64,000 bases of DNA from Candidatus Bathyarchaeota archaeon (lineage in GTDB: Archaea > Thermoproteota > Bathyarchaeia > Bathyarchaeales > Bathycorpusculaceae), in the NCBI GenBank assembly GCA_963739305.1, contig CAVTZU010000008.1:16879-80878 (forward strand). The letters are read 5' to 3'. This document shows positions 11,560 through 21,294 of this stretch, in pieces. Made by a program: the position numbers and the translations under genes. How positions within the stretch are numbered: the first letter of the stretch is position 1; each line of letters starts with the position of its first letter. The notes beneath the pieces are model-generated. The model was given only the letters and a program-made list of their open reading frames with translations, was not told the origin of the DNA and did not search any database.

Positions 11560-12042
11560 ATGTCGAAGCAAGTGTCTCGCCGATCATTGAGACAAAAGTT
11601 ACCAAAGAAGACGCTTGCTATGATCATTGCTTTAATCGCGCTCGTTGCCGCAATATCCACGGTATCATACGTTTACTTTCTTCCAAAAGATACAAACCCA
11701 AATCCAACCCTAGTTTACCACAAGATCTTCGACACCGGATTCGTAACCGTGCAGCGATACCATCAATATCGATCTGAATACTTTGTCATAAATGAGACTT
11801 TTTGGTACGTAAGATGGAAAGATTGGCAACCGAACGTCCCAACAGGGACGCAGTTGGAGATTCGCGTGTATGAAGCCTACGCGAACCAAAATCAGTGGAA
11901 CATGTGGCTCGATATGAATGGCGTAGAATACCTGAGCTTCAACGGCGTGTTCTATATGAACATATCAATATGGCCATACAGCCGGGCAGTAACAGTTGTT
12001 CCTAGCAGCTTCAACGCCGCGATAGAAGTTTGGGAAGCCTAG
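11560..12042 (+). CDS. Hypothetical membrane-anchored extracellular protein
   Basis: Basic N-terminus, one TM helix, aromatic beta-rich domain. Confidence 0.6.
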   Translation: MSKQVSRRSLRQKLPKKTLAMIIALIALVAAISTVSYVYFLPKDTNPNPTLVYHKIFDTGFVTVQRYHQYRSEYFVINETFWYVRWKDWQPNVPTGTQLEIRVYEAYANQNQWNMWLDMNGVEYLSFNGVFYMNISIWPYSRAVTVVPSSFNAAIEVWEA

Positions 12043-12095
12043 ACATAAAAAAAGGATTCTTTGATACATTGTAAGTTGATGACGAAAAATGGGCC

Positions 12096-13268
12096 CTAAG
12101 ACTTCACGCCCATTGCTTCAGCAACCAAGACGGGCAAATCATAAACAGGAATCTCAATTCGTTCTCTCGATTTCACCCATGCCGCGGCCTTGCTCAGAGT
12201 GGCCACACACCCTGGGCAGCAGGTCACTATGGCCTCTGCGCCCGCGCGTCTGGCTTCATCTATTCTCTCGGCTGATATCTTCCTTGTTAAGTTCGGATTA
12301 ACCGCGTTGACGACGACTCCTTCTCCGCAGCACCAGGCAGCCTTGCGGTTTCTTTCCATCTCGCACAACACAACTCCTGGGATCTTCTTGATCACGTCTC
12401 TTGGTTCTTCGTAGACTTTTTCCTCTCTGCCAAGATGGCACGGATCGTGATATGTCAGCTTCTTCTTCAGTGACTTGAGGAACTGGATTTTTCCTTCTTT
12501 AAGCGAGTCTGCAACAAATTGACTTATGTGAGTGATTTTGAATGGAACCTTGCCAGCTGTTGAGTAATTGGTTTTAATCATGTTATAGCAGACGGCGCAG
12601 CCCAGTATCACTTCTTTCGCTCCGCTGGCTTTTATGACCCTCAGATTGTGAAGCGCAATCTGTTCAAACAGCTTCTTGTTGCCGCTCCAGAAGGCCGGTG
12701 CTCCGCAACACCATTCCTTCTCGCCCAAATAGGCAACTCTTTTGCCAGTCTTCTGTAGAATCTTCACGCAGGCCCGTGCCGTTTGCGGGTACGAGTACGA
12801 ATCGCTGCAGCCTGCAAAAAAGAGTGTTTCTCCTCTCTTTGGAAGGTTTAAGCCTTCTGCCCATTCTGACCTAGGTCCCTCCTCTCCGAAGAGGTTGTGC
12901 ATTTTCTTTAGTTCAGATTGAATTTGACGTATCTTGCCCGGCTGAAGTTTTCGCCTGAATACTTCTAGTCGCAGGTTTCTAGTTATTCCGCAAACATCTA
13001 TCTTTTCGGGGCATATTTCCTTGCAGGCTCCACAACTCAGACACGTGAAAATAACATCAGTCAAGGGTTTCGAGAATCGGATGACGCCTTCGGATAAGCC
13101 TAATGCAACCGTGGTTCGTCCTCGTCCTGAATAGTGCTCCATTCTTAAGTTCTTGTAAACTGGGCACACATGGTAGAAGCCTAGCTCGTCGGAGACGGTA
13201 TCCCTGCAATATCCACACTTGGAGCATCTGTACAATTGCGCTTTGAGTTCTGGCTGTTTTTCGAACAA
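12096..13268 (-). CDS. (Fe-S)-binding HdrD/GlcF-like oxidoreductase (2x[4Fe-4S] + 2 CCG domains)
   Basis: CSKCGYC..CP, CLSCGACKEICP, EWCCG, YHDPCHLGR, WCCG, TCCPGC. Confidence 0.9.
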   Translation of the reverse strand: MFEKQPELKAQLYRCSKCGYCRDTVSDELGFYHVCPVYKNLRMEHYSGRGRTTVALGLSEGVIRFSKPLTDVIFTCLSCGACKEICPEKIDVCGITRNLRLEVFRRKLQPGKIRQIQSELKKMHNLFGEEGPRSEWAEGLNLPKRGETLFFAGCSDSYSYPQTARACVKILQKTGKRVAYLGEKEWCCGAPAFWSGNKKLFEQIALHNLRVIKASGAKEVILGCAVCYNMIKTNYSTAGKVPFKITHISQFVADSLKEGKIQFLKSLKKKLTYHDPCHLGREEKVYEEPRDVIKKIPGVVLCEMERNRKAAWCCGEGVVVNAVNPNLTRKISAERIDEARRAGAEAIVTCCPGCVATLSKAAAWVKSRERIEIPVYDLPVLVAEAMGVKS

Positions 13269-13280
13269 TTTCTTTTTCTC

Positions 13281-14717
13281 CTAGAGCATCAGGCTTCCCG
13301 GGTTCATTATGTGGTTAGGATCGAGAGTTTTCTTGAGAGTTTTCAGAAGAGTGTAAGTTGGTTCTGCGACCGTCCAAATGTAGTTTACCACGGGCAGTCT
13401 TCCCAGGTCGTAAAAAGCTGCTCCGTACTGAACGGCGTTTTTCTGTATCTCTTTGAGAACTTCAAATGCTTGTCTACGAATCTTCGAATCGCTTCTGTCG
13501 GCCGTAAAACCGTAACCGTAGTTACACATCGGATGCTTTACTCCTCCAGAGCCCGTGACTGACCAGAGTTTCTTCCCCGGATCACCCATCATCACTTCCT
13601 CGTTTTCCTTCAAGAACTTCTCCACCTGCAGATGAACCTCAGGAATCCTCAGGACAGGCATTATGACGACTATTCCCCATCCAAGCGATTGACCCGCCGC
13701 CGTCTCAAAACCCGAGTAATCAGACGCGAATTTGTCCGCAAATGAAGGATCCAACTCTTTCGCTTTCCATTTTCCAACCGTGGCTGACCACATCCCAGCG
13801 TGAACCGCGATCGTCTCTTCATCGTAACCCGCTGTGTACAAGGCCAGCACGGAATCGGTCTTGTCCAGAGGTTCAGGATAACTCAGTTCAACCGTGTGTC
13901 TACCGCAGAGCATCCAAAAGTCGTGGTCGTATCCCACCCTGGATATTTCATGCATAGCTCGACACGAGTCGGCAAGCCTTTCAAACCCGAAGGTCGCATG
14001 TGCAGTAAATTGCTCCTTAGGATAAACTCGGATCGCGGCTTCAGTCACTATTCCCAAAGAACCGCTGGCCCCAAGGAAAAGACCGGCCAAATCAGGACCG
14101 TTGCAGTATCTGTGGTAAAACAACGATTTGGGGTTTGTCTGCGACCCAGTTTCGATGACTTCCCCCGTTGGAAGAACAACTTGAAGAGTGAGCAGATCCT
14201 CGGACAATTGGCCGTACTGATGTGAGTCCACGCAACATGAGTCATAAGAAAGTGCTCCTCCTATCGTAGACCCCCAAGTTCCGTGCGGTCCAAGCGGTCC
14301 GGGTCTGAGGCCAAGTTTTCCGAGTTCGTGTCTCAGCTTTCCCCATGTCACACCTGATTGAACTCGAACCGCCATTGAAGGCTCGTCTATTTCGACGATG
14401 CTCTCCATATCAGTCATGTCAATGAGTATTCCTCTTTTTGAGGACAACGTGCCGAGAGACGCTCCGGCACCTCCTCCTTTCACCACGATCGGCACTCTAA
14501 TTTCGTTGGCCAACTTGACGATCTCGACAACCTCTTCGGTTGTCTGGGGTTTCACCACGACTTCTGGCAGTTTGAACATGTCTGAGAAGGGCGACAGAAA
14601 CGATATCCCAATAGCGGTCGATTCAACGCTCACTGCCAAGCGAGCGAAGTCTTGATCTGATACTCGATCGTCTCCAACTATTTTCGCCAATTTCTCGCAG
14701 AGAGAATTTTTGCCCAA
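13281..14717 (-). CDS. FAD-binding oxidoreductase (GlcD/VAO family)
   Basis: VVKPQTTEEV, KGGG, STIGG, GPDLAGLFLGASGSLGIVT, DPNHIMNPG. Confidence 0.9.
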   Translation of the reverse strand: MGKNSLCEKLAKIVGDDRVSDQDFARLAVSVESTAIGISFLSPFSDMFKLPEVVVKPQTTEEVVEIVKLANEIRVPIVVKGGGAGASLGTLSSKRGILIDMTDMESIVEIDEPSMAVRVQSGVTWGKLRHELGKLGLRPGPLGPHGTWGSTIGGALSYDSCCVDSHQYGQLSEDLLTLQVVLPTGEVIETGSQTNPKSLFYHRYCNGPDLAGLFLGASGSLGIVTEAAIRVYPKEQFTAHATFGFERLADSCRAMHEISRVGYDHDFWMLCGRHTVELSYPEPLDKTDSVLALYTAGYDEETIAVHAGMWSATVGKWKAKELDPSFADKFASDYSGFETAAGQSLGWGIVVIMPVLRIPEVHLQVEKFLKENEEVMMGDPGKKLWSVTGSGGVKHPMCNYGYGFTADRSDSKIRRQAFEVLKEIQKNAVQYGAAFYDLGRLPVVNYIWTVAEPTYTLLKTLKKTLDPNHIMNPGSLML

Positions 14718-14937
14718 CTTATCATTTCACCTTTTGGTTTGACTAACCTTCATACAAGAACGAACTCGACGGATGCGTTCATGTGCAATCATTCAAGGAA
14801 GCAGGTTTGCCTCATATACTTTTTTCGAATAATCGTCTAAATTCATGAATCATCATTGATCACGGACTTAGGGCGCAGGAGAAGTGTTGAAAAAACAAGA
14901 AATCAAGTCTGTCCATGTTGTGCTAGTCGATCTGTCG

Positions 14938-16383
14938 CTACTCTTCTATTTTGTATTTCTTTCGTATTTCCGCGATTTTTGCTTCCAATTCCTTCGGCAG
15001 CGGTTCTGGTTTGTGAGTTTTGAGTATCTCCTCTGCTCGCTCATGAGCTCTCTGCAGAAAAGTCTTTGCTCCCAGCTCCATCCATTTTTCTCGACTGTGT
15101 TTTTCGAACACGAAGTCTTTTCGAGGTCTCTGCTCCTTCTCGTACCACGTGAGAGTGTGTCTCTGATCCAAGAAGTGTCCGATGCGTCTTCCCTTCTCAA
15201 TCTTGGAACAAACGTTCCTAATAATTTCTGCAGCCAAGGTTTCAGGAGTGACGTCTATGCCATCCAAGAGTCTGCGAGCGGCGATGACCATGTCATCGAT
15301 GAGGAGCAATAACTCATTGTTGAAGGCGCGGGTGTTGTCCAAACCATGAATCACTATGGTTCTGTTTCCTCCAAGCATCTGAGGGAGCAGGGTGAAACCC
15401 AATTCATACGCTTCCTGCATATCAAGCATGTGTGAATCAGGGGACACGGGGGATATTATCGGGACATCAATGTACCTCTCCAATTGTCCCATGGCGCAAG
15501 CTTGAACGAAGTCGCCGTGAGACGCAAGACTGACCATACCTGTTCTTTGATCGAAAGATTCGTGAACATTGATCCACAAGACAGGCATACCCTTATTTAG
15601 TAATTGCAGGATTACGTCTCCACTCAAGTACTCTGCCATCTTCTGAGCTAAGTCTCCAGCGATGGTAACAGGACCCGTGTCGCCCACGGGTGCCTCGGTT
15701 GCCAGAGCTGGCTGTATGCCCCATCTTGCAACGGCTTTGAGTGCATCACACGCCTGCTGAGTCCAGGCAAGGGGGGATACTGCGCATAGACAAACGGTCA
15801 TGAGAGCTCTTTTTTTGAGCTCCTCTTTTCCTCCTGCTATGGCCATGGCGAGTTCATAAGTCGGTTCGATGGACTGCGGCTCAAGCGTGCTGACGCAGAC
15901 GGGTTTCGTGGTGTTTCGAATTCCCATTTCAAAACCGTGGAACATGTACATTTCCTTGAATTGTGAAAGCATCGTAATGATCCATACGCCGTCAATCGTG
16001 TCAAGGTAGTCGCAGATCTTGACAAAGTCCTCAACGCGCTCTTTCGTTGTAGGCACGTATTTTTCAGTCACAGCATCATAGTAGTTCACGTTTAGCACGT
16101 GCGGAACGATATACGGATACTTCTGTCTTCCAATAGTCATGTCCTTCTTCGGGTCTCTGCCGCATATCGTGACTTCCTTAGGGGTGTGACTCAGACAGTC
16201 TTTTACGAGCCATTCTGGAAAGTGAACGAGGTTGTGTCCTCCGACGTCGCATCCGTTGTTAGCTAGCAGTTTCACAATTCCTTCGTCCTGAACTTGTACG
16301 CCAACATTCTTGAGCAAGTATAGTGCAGTTGTGTAAATCGCATCCAATTCATCCTCATTCAGTATTTTCAGATTCGGTTTCAT
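14938..16383 (-). CDS. Trimethylamine methyltransferase (MttB) superfamily protein, non-pyrrolysine
   Basis: SPL, GPVTIAG, DSHMLDMQEAYE, GIDVTPETLA, GHFL..HT, HKPEPLP; no in-frame TAG. Confidence 0.88.
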   Translation of the reverse strand: MKPNLKILNEDELDAIYTTALYLLKNVGVQVQDEGIVKLLANNGCDVGGHNLVHFPEWLVKDCLSHTPKEVTICGRDPKKDMTIGRQKYPYIVPHVLNVNYYDAVTEKYVPTTKERVEDFVKICDYLDTIDGVWIITMLSQFKEMYMFHGFEMGIRNTTKPVCVSTLEPQSIEPTYELAMAIAGGKEELKKRALMTVCLCAVSPLAWTQQACDALKAVARWGIQPALATEAPVGDTGPVTIAGDLAQKMAEYLSGDVILQLLNKGMPVLWINVHESFDQRTGMVSLASHGDFVQACAMGQLERYIDVPIISPVSPDSHMLDMQEAYELGFTLLPQMLGGNRTIVIHGLDNTRAFNNELLLLIDDMVIAARRLLDGIDVTPETLAAEIIRNVCSKIEKGRRIGHFLDQRHTLTWYEKEQRPRKDFVFEKHSREKWMELGAKTFLQRAHERAEEILKTHKPEPLPKELEAKIAEIRKKYKIEE

Positions 16384-16414
16384 GTTACAACCTAACCTCC
16401 AACATTATGTGAGT

Positions 16415-17068
16415 TCAGTTGCGCTTTTGAAGCGCCTTTTTGATTACTTCCACGCCTTCAACAGCATCTGAGGCGTAGTAGTCGGCTTTAACCTCTCTGG
16501 CCCAGTCTTGGTCAGTTGCCCCTCCTCCGACCATGGTCTTCACTTTTTCACGAATTCCTGCTTCCCTGAGTTTTTCCTCAATTATCTTTTGCTGAGGTCT
16601 CGTCGTCGTCAGGAGCGCCGAGGAAGCGACCAAATCCGCTTTCACTGAAGCTGCCTTCTTCGCGAATTCTTCGGCGGGCACGTCGATTCCGAGGTCGAAG
16701 ACTTCGTATCCAGAAGTTTCAAGCAGCACCTTGAGTATGTCTTTGCCTATGTTGTGCACGTCGCCCCGAACGGTGCCCAAAACGATTCTTCCCTTCGACT
16801 CTCCAGTTCCTCGTTTTTCCTCTAGCAATCGCTGTTTTGCGATCTCTATCCCTGCCATGCATGCGTTTGAGGCAAGCAGGAGTTCTGTTAGGAATATTTC
16901 GCATCTACCGAACTTGTCGCCAATTTCTCTGATGGCGGGAGTCAGCCCTTCATTCAAGATTTTGAGAGGGTCGATGCCTCCATCGATGGCGTCTTTGACG
17001 AGTCTCTTGAGTTGATCTTCATCATAGCTCGCTATGGCTTCTTTCATGGCTTCAAAAGGATGGGTCAT
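16415..17068 (-). CDS. Methyltransferase corrinoid (B12-binding) protein
   Basis: GDVHNIGK, SALLTTT and MVGG B12-binding motifs. Confidence 0.93.
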   Translation of the reverse strand: MTHPFEAMKEAIASYDEDQLKRLVKDAIDGGIDPLKILNEGLTPAIREIGDKFGRCEIFLTELLLASNACMAGIEIAKQRLLEEKRGTGESKGRIVLGTVRGDVHNIGKDILKVLLETSGYEVFDLGIDVPAEEFAKKAASVKADLVASSALLTTTRPQQKIIEEKLREAGIREKVKTMVGGGATDQDWAREVKADYYASDAVEGVEVIKKALQKRN

Positions 17069-17107
17069 TTCTGTTCATTCACCTGACTGTGTTGGATTGA
17101 TTTTAGG

Positions 17108-17467
17108 CTATCGCTTGAAGTATTCTTTCTAGGTCTGCATCTTTCCATTCTTGGTTTCTACTATGCTGACTCCTTGAACCTCATTTTTCTTTCCAGTCAC
17201 AGGGTTCTTAAAGTCGACGAGCCATTCAACGACGACGCTGTCTTTTTTTTCGCAAACAAAGAGTTTCTTGGATTTGTAGCCTTCTATTTTCTTGAATTCA
17301 TCTTGCATGAAGGCCCTCAACGAATGTCTGCCTGAAACAGGCTTGTAAGGCTGTGCGTACACGACGTACGTGGCATCGTCATTGAATAGGTCCATCATCT
17401 TGTCGATGTCCTTTTTCACGATATATTGGGTGAAGGAATCAAACAGTTCGCCTGAATCGGGCGTCAT
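17108..17467 (-). CDS. NTF2/SnoaL-like protein with an in-frame TAG at 17129-17131
   Basis: DIDKMMDLFNDDATY..VSGR..VVEW..GVSIVETKNGK; after the TAG the frame continues KEYFKR, matching the usual terminal (W)xEYF strand. Confidence 0.75.
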
Positions 17468-17915
17468 CTGAAGGTCTCCTTTCAACTTGTGGTCGTAAAT
17501 GCTTTCTCATCGTATTTAGTTTTCTGCTTTTTTCTAAGTCCTTGTCAGGAGCATAAAGAAATCATGCACAGAATTCTTTGAGAATTTTAGCTTCAAGATG
17601 TTACGAACAAAATTCGTTTATTCAGAGTTCCAAACGCGCGCGAAAGAAACAAAAGAGAAGATAAGCAGCAGTTTCGTCGCACCGTGATTCCTTTGCTAGG
17701 ACTCATTAGTTCTTGAATGCAAAATCAAATAATAGTAGGCGGTGCGATGGCTTTCAAACATTGATACACCTACGCTTGAGCAAATTGTTCTCCCAGTATT
17801 GACAATCGTTGCCCTGGTTGCAGCGGTCGCTTTGATTGAGTCACCGAAGACGACAAAGCTCTCGCACGCGTTGGATAGCCGACACATCAAAGTAGACAAA
17901 AAACGGGAAGCCACG

Positions 17916-18089
17916 CTAAAGCATGCGCGTGGGCTTCTTCTTCAGAGTCTTTTTCCATTCTTCGAACAGACTCCAATATATACTGTCGACAGTCTCGTCT
18001 TGCAAGTTCCCCTCAGCAATGAACTTCTCGACGAAGTCATTCAGCTCCAAAGAGTTCCTGCACTTCCTGACATCACTAATATTCAGCAC
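17916..18089 (-). CDS. Small hypothetical protein, 57 aa (not in ORF track)
   Basis: AAGGAG upstream; MLNISDVRKCRNSLELNDFVEKFIAEGNLQDETVDSIYWSLFEEWKKTLKKKPTRML; directly downstream of the wHTH gene. Confidence 0.5.
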   Translation of the reverse strand: MLNISDVRKCRNSLELNDFVEKFIAEGNLQDETVDSIYWSLFEEWKKTLKKKPTRML

Positions 18090-18123
18090 AAGACCGACTC
18101 CTTGATTCTTTCCTCGGTTCTGG

Positions 18124-18423
18124 CTAAACTAGGAAGGGTGAAGAAATTCCAGAATCAAGTAGCAGAGCCATCCTCTTGAATAAGTCTAGAAACTCCTGGC
18201 CAGTTTCTGTTCTCTGATACGTCACTTTTCCTGCACAGGCACCCATCCGAACAAGATTACTTGAAGTCATAAGATTCAGGTACTCCCCTGATTGTGCGGT
18301 GCTCATATTACAGTGGGACATGATGTTGGACTTTCCTACTGGTATTCGCAGCTGCCTCAGAATCTCCGCAATGATCTGTAATCTGCTGCGGTTTCCGTCA
18401 GATACCTTTCTCAGATTTAACAC
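18124..18423 (-). CDS. Archaeal winged-helix transcriptional regulator
   Basis: RSRLQIIAEIL..KSNIMSHCNMS..YLNLM..YQRTETGQEFL pattern. Confidence 0.8.
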   Translation of the reverse strand: MLNLRKVSDGNRSRLQIIAEILRQLRIPVGKSNIMSHCNMSTAQSGEYLNLMTSSNLVRMGACAGKVTYQRTETGQEFLDLFKRMALLLDSGISSPFLV

Positions 18424-19183
18424 GTATAACACGATCCATAAAAAAGCAGGCCAGTTCTTATGCAAATGATGTTGCGATAAGTCGGTAGCACGCCTTTCCT
18501 GCAATATAGATTATCAGCCCGGCTTATAAGGGTGAGAGGCCAAAAGTCGCTTTTTTACGTTTTCTTCTTTTTCTTCGCGCCACTGAGGCACGCGCCATTC
18601 AGTTGCTGGGTCAACTTCATGAAAGGAAGGGCAAAATGGCTATGTTCGCTTATCATTGGGAAGGCTGAGACCGCAAAAGCGGGGATGTCTTGTTCTATGT
18701 AGATATGCGTTAGAAATATCGTGGAAACACGCTGGACTTGGCGTTCAGACGAGCGCGCGCTAAGCGAAGAGAAAGGGACTTGTAGAAAATAAAAATGTTT
18801 TCGTAAGCTACGGACGCCTTCACCTATGGAGACGCACTGGCTAGAAGAGTCCGTGCTTCTTCTAGTCTCCTCACTTTCTCAACGTTACTCTTTCCATGTT
18901 TCCATTTTCCTCGACTTTTCATTCTTTTCAAAAATCGTTCTTTTTTCGCCTGCTTCTTCTTCGATCGTTTCAAACAAATCTTCCTTCCAAGAATCAAATA
19001 GTAACAACAAACAAGGCTTATAACCTTCACCTAATGCGAACTGAATTCTGTGGAGTGCAAGCGTGGTAAAAAGAAAGAGGGATTGGCGGGGGAACTGCGA
19101 AATACAATTGCGTAAATCTCGACTCGAAATCTGGATTCTGACTTCAGAATTGCCTTATCCAAGGAGCGTGAAAAAATATGGAT

Positions 19184-20339
19184 ATGGCAAAAATGGAAGA
19201 CTGGCTTTCGGCTCTTCCAAGCAAATACACGAGAAAGACTTACAAAAGCGGAATCAAGAAGTTTGAGGAGTTTTACGGCAAACCTATCGAGAGTCTTGTT
19301 GATCTCAGTGACGAAGAACTGGGACACAGCATTGACAAATTCTATTCGTGGCTGAAGCAAGAGAAAGGGCATCCTCAAAACACTTGCCGAAACTATGTTA
19401 ACTGTCCGATTCAATGTATGAAATACTTCAGCAAAAATCCGAAATATAAGAAGAGTCTAGGCATTTACCGAAGCACCATAACCACTAGAGACCACCCGGT
19501 AGAAATCTCGGAGATTCAAAAGATGGCGAGTGTTGCCGATTTGAGAGAGCAGATTCTCTCGGAGGCCTATCTTTTGGGTTTGAGGGTTCGTGATGTAGCT
19601 TGCTAGCTAGCAAGCAGCGAACCCCCAATCCCAGTTATGATAAATTGCGTAAAAGAGGAAACCGTGGCCCATGCCTTCATAAACGAAGAATTCAAAGCTC
19701 TCCTAGACAAGTATCTGCCAACGATTGACAAGGAAAACCCGTATCTGTTTCAGAGCAAGAACTGGCAAGGAATCAAGAGAAAAGGCATTCAAAAGCTGAG
19801 TTCAAGGCAAATCTCAAACATCTTGAATGATTTGATTAATAGGGCTGGCATACAGAAGAATGCCGTGTTCGCCTGGCACACGGGAAGAAAGCTCTTTATG
19901 ACAACCGCAACGGAACTAGGCGCTCCCACCTTAGGCTTCAAAACTGATGGTTGGCAAGTCAATTAAAGCCAGCGACGAAACTTACAACATCCGAACAAGG
20001 TTGAAGCCAGACTTCATCAAAATAAGCAACGTATTGAAGTTGTTCCTGAAAGCTACTAAGGACACTGGAAAAGTCAAGAACTTGGAGAACACGATATTTG
20101 AGTTGTAGAGGCATATCACAGTGCTAACGACGACCTTAGAAGTGTTGCAAAAGGGATTCGGGGTGACTGAAGAGGCTGTGAGCGAGTTGCTCAAACCCCT
20201 ACTACAGAAGAAACTTCTGGAGAGAACAGTAAACGCTGGAACGACTGGCCTAGGCTTTCTGCAAGTGGAAAACGTGAACAAAATGTCACCCAAGAAGATA
20301 GTCTCCAGATACCTTGAGATTACAAAAGGCAAACGATGA
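19184..20339 (+). pseudogene. Degenerate tyrosine recombinase/integrase
   Basis: SAM-like N-domain (TRKTYKSGIKKF), LGLRVRD, WHTGRK (HxxR), KLMVGK..DETY; TAG stops at 19604, 19932, 20106 and a frameshift near 19925. Confidence 0.85.
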
Positions 20340-20480
20340 AAAGTTGCCACAACTACGGGAAACGTGACAGCTAATCCCTTTTCTTTCTAGGTCTAAGTCT
20401 TGGCGCGCGCGCTAAATCAAAAAGGTGACAAAACGTCTATATATATTAGGTATCTGAGCTTGAACTAGCGGAGATCGAAT

Positions 20481-20669
20481 ATGAAACCTGAACATTATAA
20501 ACCGATAAGGAAAACAAAGCCCAAACGAAAAGGCAAGATTAGTGCGCGCAAAAGTCGAATGCTTGCAGTGGCTCAAAAATGGAAACCCATTACTTCTCCA
20601 CGATTGCGTGAAGCTTACTCTACTAAAATAGAATGGGTAAGGAAGCTAATTCCCAAATTGAAAAACTAA
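20481..20669 (+). CDS. Small basic hypothetical protein
   Basis: TATATATA upstream, GGAG before the ATG, K/R-rich 62 aa. Confidence 0.45.
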   Translation: MKPEHYKPIRKTKPKRKGKISARKSRMLAVAQKWKPITSPRLREAYSTKIEWVRKLIPKLKN

Positions 20670-20809
20670 GCAGAAGCGCCGGAAGAAAAAGAAGAGCCCA
20701 GATAAGCCGCACGCGCTTTTTACGTTTCGCTTAATTATCCTAATGTTGTTCTTTTCCTGACAACTATCGGAAGTACCAAATCGTGAATTACTATTCTGCT
20801 CATTTGAAA

Positions 20810-21037
20810 TCACTCCATCTTGACTTTAAGAATCCATTTTCCTTTAGGATTGCCGTCTAAATCGACTCCTCTGCCCTTCAACACTTTGAATTCGCCCTGT
20901 TTTAAATCCAAATTTTGCATAGCGAATTCTGTTGCTTGTTTAATCGTACAGAATCCAGCTGGTTTCTTTGCCTCAGTCTCTGTAAATCCCCATTCTGGTG
21001 GAACTAAACTGCCTATTGGCAAGACTTTCAATCTCAT
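20810..21037 (-). CDS. Small hypothetical protein
   Basis: GAGGAGG Shine-Dalgarno upstream; 75-aa protein-like ORF. Confidence 0.55.
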   Translation of the reverse strand: MRLKVLPIGSLVPPEWGFTETEAKKPAGFCTIKQATEFAMQNLDLKQGEFKVLKGRGVDLDGNPKGKWILKVKME

Positions 21038-21294
21038 TCCTCTTTTACCTCCTCAAGGGAAATAGCAGAACAGTCTATGAATTGACAGTCTCGTCACTTC
21101 ATATCTTCGCTCCAGCTAGTATAGAATGGAAATCGCTGTTAAAGCTTGCTTATCCCTCTAAGAAATCTCCTTCAAGCCAATTTTATGTATCAGAGAAAAA
21201 TAGGGAATGTGCGGGAAGCGTCTATACACTGGCAACATAAGAACCCTTATAAAGGGTATTTAAGCATCCGCTACGCTATAAGAAGTGGTTTCTA

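Noticed and set aside
14938-16383. Pyrrolysine-containing trimethylamine methyltransferase
   Set aside because: No in-frame TAG; the ORF is continuous.
17742-18179. 145-aa plus-strand ORF with a hydrophobic stretch
   Set aside because: Overlaps better-supported minus-strand genes; probably a shadow ORF, like most short antisense ORFs in the track.
18548-20728. CGCTTTTT(T)ACGTTT direct repeat around the integrase as attL/attR
   Set aside because: Short, low-complexity and imperfect; not supported by a tRNA or a clear element boundary.
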